Part shown: positions 1-12,460 of the stretch, piece by piece | How positions within the stretch are numbered: position 1 is the stretch's first letter | Layout: every line of letters begins with the position of its first letter | Assembly (NCBI GenBank): GCA_051530055.1 | Contig: CM121342.1 | Location: 11,795,480-11,859,479 of the forward strand | Length of the DNA stretch: 64,000 bases | DNA from: Neoechinorhynchus agilis | Lineage: Eukaryota; Animalia; Acanthocephala | Reading direction: 5' to 3' | The notes under the pieces: generated by a model | What the model was told of the DNA's origin: nothing | Databases searched by the model: none | What the model saw: the letters and a program-made list of their open reading frames with translations, nothing else | Made by a program: the position numbers and the translations under genes

Positions 1-984
1 AATCATAAGTGCGTAATCTCCCCCTATGATCTTCTTTGATCTACCGCGCTAATTTTTGCAGCCAATAAATGAAGAGGAGAAAATTAACAAATATTACGAT
101 GTGCGCATGTAAGCAAAGATTTTACGATAATGTACCCGCAATTTAAAAGAGAGCTTCACCTCGGGCCCATTTACGGAAACAGGCGGTGGTTTTGTTGTTC
201 GTACTGGAAATGAAATCAAAAGCGCTGCAGTGTTTGCTGAGATGGCGAGCTAATAAACATAAACGAAGTCGTTAATATCACCCGGAACTTGCGTATGTTT
301 GACCAAGCAATTAATTGCTTAATCTGGGTCACTTTAAACTGTGGATTGCTAAAATAATGTTTGATTTTTGTTGCGTTTTAAATGGAAAAATAGTAGACCG
401 TTGAGCGTGGACTTTTCCATATAAAAATAGGAAGTTATTAAACTGGCGCGTTTGATCAATCGTTCGCAGGTTCATAAGCTCTTTTATCTACTTCCGTTCT
501 TAATTTAAAACCTTATTTTTAAACTGTATATAGACAAAAATAAGCTTTTTAATATATATATATTGTGATGGGTTGTTTGTGGCTAAAAATACGTCAAACT
601 TCAATCTTTTCAACTTCAAGAAGAAACAGATAAAATTTGTCCGCTTGATTGCTTTAACACTTTTAGGTGTTATCTCTTGCACTTCAAAAGAAGACATTTT
701 TGCATTTGTCTACTTCGAACCACTACCCTTTATTTCCGCCGCCTCGCTTTCACAACGCACGTGTGCGAAACGCACCAATAAGAAACGAGAACGATAATTT
801 CGAACGTACTTCCTCTTCTGAGGCCTACGCATTTTATGAGAGCAACGAGTGCAACTTTCCTCACACTGCCAAAGTGTGCTTTCCAGTACCGCCTTTACAT
901 GCCACTTTCGAAGTTGTGATTTAGCACCAGCCGTAAACCGCTCCACTCTCGTTTTAGCCACTTCTTGAATTCTCAGTTTGTAAA

Positions 985-2778
985 ATGACAGCTTACGTGC
1001 CCAGTAACAGTTCTACTGATAAGGTGTCGGTACCAACAGTTCCTAAATGTGAAAATGACACCGCTCCCGGCAAGGATATCTTTGCCGACTACCAACATTT
1101 TCAACAATCTTCATCCTATGTCAATCCGCAAGCTCTCAATGCATATGCACAAGTGTATGGTAACCAATTTTTCGCAAATGCCTACGACCAACTGCAATAT
1201 CAATTCCATCAGCCTCATCATCAAATGACTTATAATGCTGAAAACATGGCAGGATCGGGTTTTTATGATGAAGGTGAGCATGCAGACTTGTCCATTTGCG
1301 AATTTAACTCCATAATTAAAAAATTTACAGGTTTTTCCCATCGGAGACAGTACGTCGCGCCTGCTCACCCCGTGATGAATTATTCCTCAGGAACAAATGT
1401 GACTGGTGACACCGCAAATAACAGATATCAAGTCACTAACACATCCGAAGATATTCAAATTGAGTTGGACGATGCAGAATTATGGAAAAAATTTCATTCT
1501 ATTGGAACAGAAATGATTATAACAAAATCTGGAAGGTAAGTGGGCGTTTCGCAAGGATTGCGCAATTTATTTTTTCGCAAACATGAGATTGTAGTAATTT
1601 GCATTTGACTTTCAATTGCCGATTCCTCAAAGAACACGACTAATTGCTCTATTTCGATTTTAATTAACAAAGATCTGTATGGCGATAGGAGCCAGATCAA
1701 ATGCACGAAACATTAGTTTTTTATTGCTAAAAGTGACAAAAATTGTTCTTAATATTAATCTTAATTTTTAATTGGCCAATTTAACTCTAAAACAATTTCA
1801 ATTTAGACGAATATTTCCAACGTTAAAACTAAAAATCAAAGGTCTTGACCCAGATACCAAATACATTGTTGCCATCGATATCTTACCATATGATGACAAT
1901 CGATACAAATATAACAATAATTCATGGATGATTACAGGAAAAGCAGAGCCTCATATTCAAAATTTTCCGTATATACATCCAGAATCTCCCGTTTCCGGGT
2001 CTCAGTTAATGAAACAACCTCTATCATTCAAAAAATTGAAAGTAACAAACAATCCATCTGCTCAAGGACAGGTTTATTTCTTGATTTTTCGTTCCGCCGT
2101 ACACTTAGAGAAATCGTTTTAGATTGTTTTGAATTCGCTTCACAAATACAATCCCCGAATTAATATTTTCAAATATGACGATCTAACTGGATCGTCGACG
2201 TGTGTTCACTCGTGCAGTTTCGTTGAAACTATTTTTATTGCAGTAACTGCATATCAGAATGAAGCGGTTACAAATTTAAAAATTGATCACAATCCATTCG
2301 CTAAAGGATTTAGAGAAAATCACCGAAGGTTGCACCTTGCATGTTTACATAAGAAATTAACCTTCTCTTTTTTGGTTAGGGACAGGACTTTGAAGCGGGA
2401 CTATCGAACCGTATATGGACAACCGGAAGAGGATCAGAATAAACGTGCGAGAATTGGTGAGTTAATTTTATTTTCGAGACATTGAGAAAACCTGATCATT
2501 TTCGACACGGCATCTGCCCACTTGACTAACAAATGAGCAGATACGTGCAATTAAAATTGGGAAATTTTGCAGCGAAGCGTTATGAAGTGACTTTAGATTT
2601 GCCGAAGCTTAAATAACTCGTATATTTAGAAACATACGAACAACGAAGAACTCGGTTAACCTCCAATTATCAATATCTTCCTCCGTCGGTTATCACGACC
2701 GGATTGATGAACCATTCGCAGAACTCAAATGCTGCAAATGCGTACATGGTACATCAACATCAAAGAGGCTGGCGATGA
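985..2778 (+). CDS. T-box transcription factor, 5 exons (985-1535, 1807-2071, 2123-2328, 2380-2456, 2630-2778; last exon tentative)
   Basis: T-box motifs [65 protein letters not shown]. All introns are GT-AG (271, 51, 51, 173 bp) and splice phases are consistent through to TGA at 2776-2778. Subfamily not assignable by eye. Confidence 0.93.
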
Positions 2779-2899
2779 GTACGAAATTAAATTATCAGCT
2801 TTGTATAATCCCGTCATTTCACTCAAAATTGTATCTTAATAAACCTAATTTTTTCAAAACCATCGCGAGTGCTTAAATAAATGGGCAAGATCAAAATAT

Positions 2900-4100
2900 C
2901 GGTAACGAGTAACGAGAAGAAAATAATTTCAAGTGGACATCCTTACCGATAAACGAGTAGCTCTGTGATTTGTCGGCATTTCAGGGAAAACCTTCATTAT
3001 TGCGCAATTATCATATAAGCAGACACCTTCGGGTGTTAGTACTTTAAAGAGTTTAGGTAGAAAGCAAAGCAATTAAGGTTAAAGAAGATAATTTTGAGCG
3101 TTATCTAAAAGTACAGATAATCGAATTTTATTCACTTTTTGCGTGCGTTTTGCTCTTAATCCCTTGAGGTACCTTGCAAGAATCAAATGATTTATTTTAC
3201 TGTATCGCGTCTTTAAAACAATACCAAAAGTGCACATACCGAACTTTCAATAATGTACAAAGGTTGTAAACATTTATTACACATTATCAACATACAAATA
3301 ATAGAACTGCGGAATCAGACGAATATTGTTTGAAGCTATAAAGAAATTGCTTTATAGATCGATTAGCTAACAAATAGGTGACCTAAACAATGCCAAAGTA
3401 GTGCAAAATTATTTAAGAAATATTTATAATCGGGTGAAGATTTCCACGAATCTTTTTCCAATTATATTTTTCAGCCAAGGTCGCGATCTGATAAGAAATT
3501 GATTCACATCATTACGCGATTCAACCAATCAGAATCAGTATTTGCTTTCCGTGCTCATCCACATTTAATTAATTTATTCTACACTCAAATTTGATACCAT
3601 TTGACCTAAACATTTTCTCAATTAATGCTGCACTTTCAACCGAGCATTCATCGAGAATGTTTCGATGCGAGATAAAAAATCTAAGAAAATATAAATAATA
3701 TTGATGGATTTTGTGTATCGTCAACCTCTGTTACTTCATAAAAGCACTTTGGATCTAGAATAATTGCAAAGAAGAATTATTTATTACCGAAATTGATAAA
3801 TATATTGTAAAATTGAATTTTCATGGGTGTCCATGCATTCATCGGCCTCGACAGTTAGGAATTCCGATTTGAAAACCGCACAATTTCGTTTAAAATTCTA
3901 AGCATTTCATCATTTTTTAAAAGCCACAAAATTTGTTCAACAGAACTAATATCTAAAAAGCGAAAATCCACATTAATGGCCAGTCGTAGATCATTGTTGT
4001 TGTATGTTGTTTTCACACAAAGCAGCGTATTTTGACTGCTGATCTTCTTTATAGTTAAACACTGCGTATATATATTCATTTTAATTGGCGATAGATTATG
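2900..4100 (-). CDS. Possible multi-exon gene of unknown function, convergent with the T-box gene
   Basis: Short protein-like open stretches on the minus strand (DISSVEQILWLLKNDEMLRILNEIV; ECMDTHENSILQYIYQF; SHRNILDECSVESAALIEKMF) separated by ~50-bp AT-rich segments with GT/AG ends. Full model not resolved. Confidence 0.3.
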
Positions 4101-4364
4101 GAAGCTCGTCTTTGATATTCCCCTCAAAACATTGACAAACGCATCTATAGATAGAATAGTGAATTACTGTTTAAGTTTAATAATAATGTATTTAAATGTC
4201 CTGTTATGCTTACAAAGCAGTTACAATTACATAAAAACAACGACCGTGGTTAAGGAGTTTTTGAGGTCGGAAATTTGTCAGTCATTGCACAGAAAACCCG
4301 TTGATTGGCTGAAATAAAAAATATTTTTTGTGTCGATATGTGAGGTACCGGGCAATGTGATTGG

Positions 4365-4496
4365 AATTATTGGTTAGGTCTACACCCGGAAAATGATTAT
4401 TTATTAAAGACGTTTCGAAACTGATGATGCACCCGACGATGTTCGAAACGTCCTTATTAAATAATCATTTTCCGGGTGCAGACCTAAACAATAATT
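4365..4496. repeat. Foldback element with ~55-bp inverted arms and a central Penelope-type hammerhead-like core
   Basis: Arms 4365-4419 and 4442-4496 are reverse complements with 4 mismatches. CTGATGA at 4421-4427, GAAACGTC at 4445-4452. A partial related copy lies at about 4595-4650 on the minus strand. Confidence 0.8.
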
Positions 4497-4868
4497 GGAG
4501 TATTTTTTGTTTTGAAACGAAAATTAGAAAGAAGATGATGATGGTTCACTTCTCAATATTTTGGTTAGAATTATTATTTAGAAGTCTCTACACAGTAAAT
4601 AATTTATTATTGAAAACCTTTCGAAATATCGTCGGTTTCATTATCAGTTTGTTAGATATTAATAAACGCTTCAAAAAATTATTTAGCATTATTTCAACTA
4701 TCAATTATCGTCCAAATGAGTAAATTGTTAATAAATCGCTTTGCTTTAACGATATTAGTTATAGAAAATATAAAATGAAGTTCAGGTCAATGGAAGGCGC
4801 ATTTTTAAACACTTACAAGCAATCTTAGGTCCGATTCCACCAAGTTGAAGACAATTAAATCGTGTCTC

Positions 4869-6335
4869 ATGGAGCCAAATGTTAAACTCAGTCTTGAAAA
4901 CGAGCTTTCCACGGCCAAAAAAAGACATCGCGAACTGCGTTCATATCGCCTACAATCGACGCTACTGACGCAAACATCTTGAACGCGCCACTTATCCATC
5001 ACGCTCAACCTGAGAAGACCACCGTCGGGCTCCAACGCGTTTCTACTGGCGTGTGTTCGGTTTGCGGTAAGTCTTTAAATTAACCAATTTCGGGTTTTTG
5101 TTTGCCCATGGTCCCCGGGATCTCCGCTGTAGCGGGTCAGGTTCTCCACTAAAATCAACCGATTTGTTTATGGCCGGGACCTCTCAGATCACCACTAACG
5201 ATATTTCGATACCTGATATCGTGCGCTATGCTTCGGAGCATCATTGTGTGACCTCACAAAAAGAAGGTGGGATTCGTCCCACTGCAGGAAAAATTTCTGT
5301 AAATGTATCACAAAGAAAATCGGGCAGCAATTTCGCCTAGTCCAACTGGGCTGCTGCACATCCTGCGAGGCGGAAGCTATTGTCCACGCGCTCCGAAACT
5401 TTACTACGAGGAGCTCAGAGCCGTGCGCGATTCTTAAGTGTGATTTTCAAATGCCTTTAACTCTCTCAATAGAGAAAGCCTGTTCTGTGCAATTAGGGAT
5501 TACGCACCAAAAGCCTTCCAGTATTTTCTTAATACCAACGGGACGGCGACTCCTTTGCTTTTCGAAGACCACCTCATTTGGTCCGAAAGAGGAGTGCAAC
5601 AAGGAGATCTTCTCGGTCCAATCGCATTCTCCCTAACAGTAAATTTAATGGCGCACTCTCTCCATTCCAGCTTTAACGCTTGGTACTTGGATGACGCTAC
5701 GCTCAAAGGCGATCCCTCCGTTGTACTGCGCGATTTGGAGACGCTGATTAGGGAGACCTCGAGAATAGGCATTGCGCTCAATGCTGGAAAGTGTGAGCTA
5801 CTAATATTAAATATCGAGGACGTCTCCAAAGTCTAGGAGCTAATGGATGGATTCGAGGCCGTAACTCCAGAACGAGGATCGCCGTGTCCTTAAGGCGGCG
5901 ACATGGTATTGTTTGCCGAAAGTCAGGAGGAAGGTTCTCGCTCCATTCTGAGATCGATAGCGTAATTTCTCGGGCGTTTAGAACGGCGAACTTCCCCAAC
6001 ACCTTGGAACCCGTCCATCTTTGTCGACTAGACGATCGTCGACCTGACGGAATTTCGGTCTCTCCGTGGCGGGAGGGCAAATGCCTTCTCTGGGACGCCA
6101 TGTGTGTGTGGACACCCTCGCAGTACTCTCGAAATCGCTGGAGGTGCAGCCAGTGCAGCGAAAGGGGGAAGGTACGAAAATATAGAGAATTAGCAAGGGC
6201 CCACTATTTTGTCCTCGCCAAAGTAGAGACGTGTGGGGCCCATCTTTGTCGACTAGACGGTCGTCGACCTGACGGAATTTCGGTCTTTCCGTGGCGGAAG
6301 GGCAAATACCTTCTCTGGGATGCCACGTGTGTGAG
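4869..6335 (+). mobile_element. CRE-clade non-LTR retrotransposon, internally deleted copy
   Basis: RT motifs GVQQGDLLGP and WYLDD, RLE motif RRPDG...WDA. Near-identical to 26444-28230 and homologous to the ORF at 38754-40727. Confidence 0.85.
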
Positions 6336-6710
6336 CACTGCTGTATTTCGCAAACCCAACGTGCCTTGGAGACCACCGCATTGGTCCAGTCATCAACCAA
6401 TGAGGAGCAAGATCTCAGCGGTAACTTCGTATTTCCGGAGAGCCTTTCTAATGTCATCCACTTATGCAACATCGCATAGATTTTGAAGGCACGGAATTTA
6501 TAGAGGGAGCTAAATCTTTGAAGGCATCTTGTTCTTGAGGCCTTGCACACATCTCTACGGCTAATACAATGGAATGCAATAAAGCGAATTTTTGTTTAAA
6601 ACTACCTGCTCGTGATGTTGTTAAAATCAATAGATCACGCGATAAAGTGCAGGGTTTACGGGCGGCCACACTGTCCCCGAACCTTGGAAGTAGCAAATCT
6701 GTCAACCCGA
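6336..6710 (+). mobile_element. Penelope-like element fragment (RT thumb region)
   Basis: TAVFRKPNVPWRPPHWSSHQPMRSKISAVTSYFRRA is homologous to TQLYRKPGIPWGPPHWSSHQPFHYKITAATSYFKRA in the PLE at 9888-10877. Confidence 0.75.
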
Positions 6711-6867
6711 GCCTATTGACAAAGCACGGAAAAGAACCATAACCAAAAACATTTTTAGATTATTAATAAGGCGAGGTTTCCTCTTTCGAAATATTTCAGT
6801 ACAACAAAATGATTTTTAACCGGGATTATCTTTACCACAATTCAAAAAATACCCAATAAGATTATTC

Positions 6868-6946
6868 TTTTTTTACCATACACGGCTGAATGGATACGCA
6901 GTCCACCGATTTCGTTCTGGAAGGCGCTAATCCGCGCTCAATGCCC
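6868..6946 (-). mobile_element. 3' fragment with A tail of the Pol III/hammerhead element family
   Basis: Reverse complement GGGCATTGAGCGC...GAAATCGGTGGAC...CCATTCAGCCGTGTATGG(T)AAAAAAAA matches 48898-48979. Confidence 0.75.
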
Positions 6947-7250
6947 ATGGTGCAGCCAGTGCAGCGGAACGGAGGAAGGTACGAAAATATAGGGATTTAG
7001 CAAGGGGTCACTATTTTGCCCCATTCGGAGTAGAGACGTATGGAGCGCTTGGCAGCTCGGCACTCACTCTGCTCCAGGATCCCTCGAAGAAATGGAGAGA
7101 AACGACCGGCGACGCACGAGCAGGTGTATTCCTGCGACAAAATATCTCCCTCGCAGTACAACGAGGAAATGCTGCAAGCGTGATAGCGACAGTCGAGGAA
7201 GGAGAGAAGCTAAGATTTTGCGGACGGTGGTGATTGTTAGAAAATTGAAC
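6947..7250 (+). mobile_element. CRE-clade retrotransposon 3' fragment
   Basis: Matches the RLE C-terminal region at about 40450-40730 (AAERRKVRKYRDL...FGVETYGALGSSA). Confidence 0.75.
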
Positions 7251-8357
7251 ATAAATTTGTGTTTCTATGTAACAAATACTTTAAAGTAAACCAGTACAAA
7301 GTCTCAAACGCTACATCAATTTATTTCAACCAATAAGTGACATTGATCTCTCATTTTCACTGCAATCTTTATGGTAATATAATGAATTAATCCGACTACC
7401 CATAAAACGACATTTATCTTATTGATGACACATAGCCGTGGAGCTGAATATTACACGAAGCGGTGTTTAATCGAAATTTATATTCTCAAAATAACGCCTT
7501 AAAGAGGATTAGGACATTGAAGATGCATCTCTATCGATTAAGGTAATATTCGACAGTGTAACAAAACCTCGCATCTCTAATCAGAGTCAACAAACAAAAA
7601 CGAATTCGAATCGCGATGAGCACACTCCCTCGTACGACATATTTATTTGAAATATTTCGCGATGCAAACTCGAATCAAAAACACCGCCACCTCGTTTTGT
7701 CAACTCGGATGAGAAATTCGAGTCGATCGCTCATAATTTACTCGCAATGATTATAATGTGATTCTTCCGTGTACTTGATGACGATTATCCATTTATGATT
7801 CTTCCGTGGATGTATTATTTTATAGTAGTCAAGACTGCAGTGTAGGCTTTGGACGACATTTACTTTTGTTGTTGAACGATTCAATGAGGTGTCGTTTATA
7901 CTATAAATGTTCACTGGATTTGAGTTGCTAACTTTTAGTCTTAAAGGAGAAAAGTTTTAAAAGATGCGAATAACCTCAAGGATTACGTTATCAGGTACAT
8001 TGTTGGTTTTTCGTCGCCTCGTTCTGTTCCTTGTCTAGCAAGAACAATCATTCGCATTTTTATTTTAAATTCTCAAATTGTTAATGCTCTTCTTTCAGGA
8101 TACATTACTATTTTTCTTTTACTAATTTTGCTACCCCGGATTTAGCACTGTCCTGCGATGTTGCAAAGCTACGGAAAGAAAGTCTCTTTCCGGCGAAAAT
8201 AATATATTTTTGCACACCTATCCAAAATAACGGTTATCATTTCATCATAACTAAGATAAACCCCAACAAAGACCAATATTCTTTGTTGTCTTTTGTCCTA
8301 TGAAAGATTGCGCACTCGTTTTCTGCGTTAATGCTGCCCAAATCTGCATGTTCAAAG

Positions 8358-9437
8358 ATGACCAGAGGATCCAACGACAACGGTCTCTCAGTTCACGGTA
8401 ATCGTAGTACAATGAATCTGAATGCCATGATTCTGACCAATATTCAATCATCATACTATTTTAAAGTCGAACTCTACGAACTAAAAACTTACCATGAAGT
8501 TATCGACGAGATCTACAACAAGGTTCTCAATTGTGTCGAGGCAAAACCCTGCAATAATCTTCATTGTATAGGTTACGCATTTGGAACCATGGGAAAAAGG
8601 AAGTCGTCATACTAGAGGGCTCAAGGGAATGTGTGGCGGAGTAAGAGGAGTCGGAGGTGGCGGGATTGTCTCTACTGCTTTTTGTATCCTATACAAACTG
8701 TACACTCTGAAATTAACCCGAAAGCAAGTGATCGGACTTACAACTCATCCGGATAGTCCGTACATTCGAGGATTAGGGTTCATGTACTTGAGGTATACGC
8801 AGCCGCCACACGAACTATGGGATTGGTTCCAGGAATTCCTAAGTGACAAAGAGGTTTGTGTACAAGTCTTTGGTTTGAATTTGCACGGCTCCAAAAATCG
8901 AAATAGGAGTTTGACGTCCGAGCCGGAGGAGGAGAGGTGATGACAATCGGTAATATGTTGCAACGATGGTTGGTACGGATTGACTGGTTCGACACGCTGT
9001 TCCCTCGAATTCCTATATCAATTCAAAAAGTAATCAACGCAAACATAATTGATCGATTTGGCGAGAAGAGATTGCAACAGCTGTGGTCAGTATTATCATC
9101 TTTAAGCAAAACTAAAAACAATCCTTATTGTTAGTGGACCAGAAGAAGAAGAGCGTGAAGCACGAACCTGTGCTCGCAATAGACAACCAAATCACGTGAG
9201 GTACGTGTAAGAGCGAATTTTAAATGAGTTGGTAAGCGGTGGATAATATATCTTCAAGTTTCTCTTACTTCATTTCGATTTAGACAAACATCTTATAACC
9301 GTCGTTTCCAGTCTACCATTAGACGTGATGAAGAAGACGAAGGCGACAGAAGTCCAAGTCGTCCAAGAAGGAGAGGTTCTCGAGAATGGCATGAGCAAAG
9401 TCCAAATAGAAGACGACGTTCGAGATCTAGACATTAA
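8358..9437 (+). CDS. PRPF38B: Pre-mRNA splicing factor 38B, 5 exons (8358-8522, 8572-8853, 8907-9085, 9135-9200, 9284-9437)
   Basis: MNLNAMILTNIQSSYYFKVELYELKTYHEVIDEIY, HLEPWEKGSR...GMCGGVRGVGGGGIVSTAFCILYKL, WFDTLFPRIP, and an RS-rich tail. GT-AG introns of 49, 53, 49 and 83 bp, in phase. Confidence 0.93.
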
Positions 9438-9715
9438 GATTACGTCTTCGAGTTCGCTTCATTTTGGGTGTAGTGTGCCAATTCAGTAAATAACTACAAA
9501 AGGTTATCAATTGACACTTTCAGGTTTAATGTATCCGGACAATTTCTTGCGTTTGAGGATGGCTAGGGGTTTGTGCTACATAGGCCATTTTACACGTCCC
9601 TCACTGAGCAGACATCATCTTTTTTTAGAAATAAAGCGCCGTTTTAATCCTTTTGTGAAGAAATGTAGATCATCATGAAATCTAGAGATATTCATTTCCT
9701 CAAATACTATTTGAA

Positions 9716-11170
9716 TCTAAAATGGAATCTCATATATCATTGTCCTCGGGGTGAATTTGATTGTGCGTTGGCGAATCCTGCCCCCGGTGCTTTCGTTACT
9801 CATTTATATTCGAAATATTTCACAAGGTTTTCCTTGCCTCTTCAGTCGATATCTAAAATGGAGGATATGGACATCATGCACAGCCGGTCACGTCTGGGTG
9901 TAGCTCAGATCCGCGGGTTTGCTAATACCCGAAGTGTGGGGAGTTCCATCCGCGCACACCTCTTGCGGTTTGTTGCCGACTAATTTGCCCGTCATGCTAC
10001 GCAACATTGGTAGCACCAGCGTATGGTTAGATTTGTTGCCTTCCATCGTCGAATTTCCTCGGATGTGAATGGCCTCCAGAATCAGTCTTCTCCTCAGATT
10101 CGGTTCCCTGGTTAGGAATGCCGCCTTTTCGAAATCTACCCTGTGCTGGATTGTTTGCTGGTGGTTCGATATGGCAGAGGATTTATCGAATGTCCTGCAT
10201 GCTTGTTTGTGCTGCGAGATCCGCTTTCTGATCCCTTGCATGGTTTGTCCAATGTAGACCTTTGGGCATTCTGCACATGGGATTTTGTATATCCCTGATT
10301 TTGCCTCTTGACTGGGTTTCCTCTTGAGAATGCCCGCAATGGATGCGCCCCGTTTGTTGTAGATAAAGAGATTTGGAACGAGGTAGTTCAGGCGCCTCAG
10401 TTTTCCGGTCGCATTGTCACTTATGTGGTTGAAGCCAGCGTATTTGGGGGAGATGTTTGCGGTATCCTTCTTCTTGCGATGCCCGCTATGTGTTGCCTTT
10501 TTCAGGCTGATTTTGATGGCATATTCAGGGAAGCCTCGTGATCTGAGAACTTTTGTGATACTTTGTTTTTCTTCTTCCCAATCCCTGCTTTCTGAAGAAA
10601 TCATCCTGGCCCTCTTGAAGTAGGACGTTGCCGCTGTTATTTTATAGTGGAACGGTTGGTGGCTCGACCAGTGAGGTGGACCCCATGGTATACCTGGCTT
10701 GCGGTAGAGCTGTGTTTTGATGTTGCCTTTATCATCGTGTTTTATCCTTACGTCCAAAAAGGAGATAGCCCCCTCTTCATCTTCCTGAGTCATTGACCAC
10801 TGGATGTTTGGATCCTGCATGTTGAGTGGAATGCTTAGGTCTCTCATGCTCGTTTCATCATCAGTGACTATGAACACGTCGTCAACATAGCGATACCACT
10901 TTTTGATGCATGTAGAGATCAGCTAGAGTGGGTGTCAGAGGTGAACCCATTGCAACTCCGTCGCGTTGTTCATAGAAAACTTGATCGAATTCAAAAACGG
11001 TCTTGCATGTGCACCACTGCAGTAGAGTTGTCCACGTTTTATTATCCAGGCGCGGTTCTTCGCATTGATTGTGTAGAAGTTCAGCTGCTATGGAAATTGT
11101 CTCCTGAAGTGGGATGTTGGTAAATAAGGACGTTACGTCGGCCGTGAAGAATTTGCACTGTTCATACTTT
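9716..11170 (-). mobile_element. Penelope-like element, 5'-truncated (RT core, thumb, GIY-YIG endonuclease, 3' region)
   Basis: FFTADVTSLFTNIP, GVAMGSPLTPTLADLYM, YRYVDD, SGIYKIPCAECPKVYIGQT (GIY-YIG). Confidence 0.92.
9806..9852 (-). ncRNA. Minimal type I hammerhead ribozyme in the PLE 3' region
   Basis: Minus strand TCGA-CTGAAGA-G-GCAAGG aaaa CCTTGT-GAAA-TA-TT-TCGA: stem I, conserved core, 6-bp stem II, and palindromic ATAT in place of stem III. Confidence 0.8.
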
Positions 11171-12460
11171 ATGCGAATATGTGAAACCCAGATTAGATGT
11201 GACACCGAGCTACTCATACATACCGCTCCAAACGTAACCTGTGAAGCAGCAGAATATGATATGATCGCGAGGGCCGGGAACAAGGGTATCTGTAATCCGG
11301 AATGCACAGTAATCAAACAACTTAAGAATGACCAGACAGTTACAATCCTTAAATCTGACAAAGGACGTGCCCTAGTTGCAGTAGATACTGAAGAGTATAA
11401 AGATGCGGCCCACAGTCTGCTGGACTCTGGCAAGTTCGTCAAACTCAGTGCCAATCCAACAGAAAAACGGGAGACACAACTAAATGCATTATTGAGGACT
11501 CTACGGAAAAATAACTCGATCACTGAGCACTTTTACCAACAGACGAGGTCTTCCACAGCCAGGGCTTCCTTCTTGTATCTTTCCCCAAAAATACACAAAC
11601 CAACGATACAATACCGACCAATAATAGCCAGTTACAATGCCTTCAATCATCGTTTGGCCCGAAAAATCAATGCACTAATAAGAAGCGTCATGCCGAACAC
11701 TCCGTCCTACATAGCTGACGGTCCTTCCTTTGCAACTCGAATGCGACTGGAAAAGTATGAACAGTGCAAATTCTTCACGGCCGACGTAACGTCTCTTTAC
11801 TTTCCGCCAGAACAATTTCCATGCGCGGCGTGAACTTCTACGTCAATGCGAAGAGTAGCACCTGGATAATAAACGTGGACATTGCTGGTGATTTTGCCAT
11901 AAAGACAATTTTTTAGATTCGATCAAAGTTTTCTACTGAAATTAGCACCGGCGGAGTTACAATGGACTTCACCTCTGGCACCCACTCTAGCTGATCTCTA
12001 CATGAGAAGATGGGAAAACAACTTGAAGAAGCAACCCAACATCAAAAAGTGGTATCGCTATGTTGACGACGTGTTCATAGTCACTGATGATGAAACGAGC
12101 AAGGGAGACCTAAGCATTCCACTCAACATGGAGGATCGAAGCATCCAGTGGTCAATGACTCAGGAAGATGAAGAGGGGGCTATCTCCTTTTTGGACGTAA
12201 AGATAAAACACGATGATAAAGGCAACATCAAAACACAACTCTACCGCAAACCAGGTATAGCATGGGGTCCACTTCACTCGTCGAGTCACCAACCGTTCCA
12301 CTATAAAATAACAGCGGCAACGTCCTACTTCAAGAGGGCCAGGATGATTTCTTCAGAAAGCAGGGATTGATAAGAAGAAAAACAAAGTATCACGAAAGTT
12401 CTTAGATCACGAGGCTTCCCTGAATATGCCATCAAAATCAGTCTGAAAAAGGCAACACAT
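11171..12460 (+). mobile_element. Penelope-like element RT fragment, back-to-back with the minus-strand copy
   Basis: TILKSDKGRALVAVD, LYLSPKIHKPTIQYRPIIAS, FFTADVTSL, WYRYVDDVF. Frameshifted. Confidence 0.9.

Noticed and set aside
7500-8000. Possible small spliced gene upstream of PRPF38B
   Set aside because: Splice-like signals exist, but no frame gives a convincing or recognisable protein.
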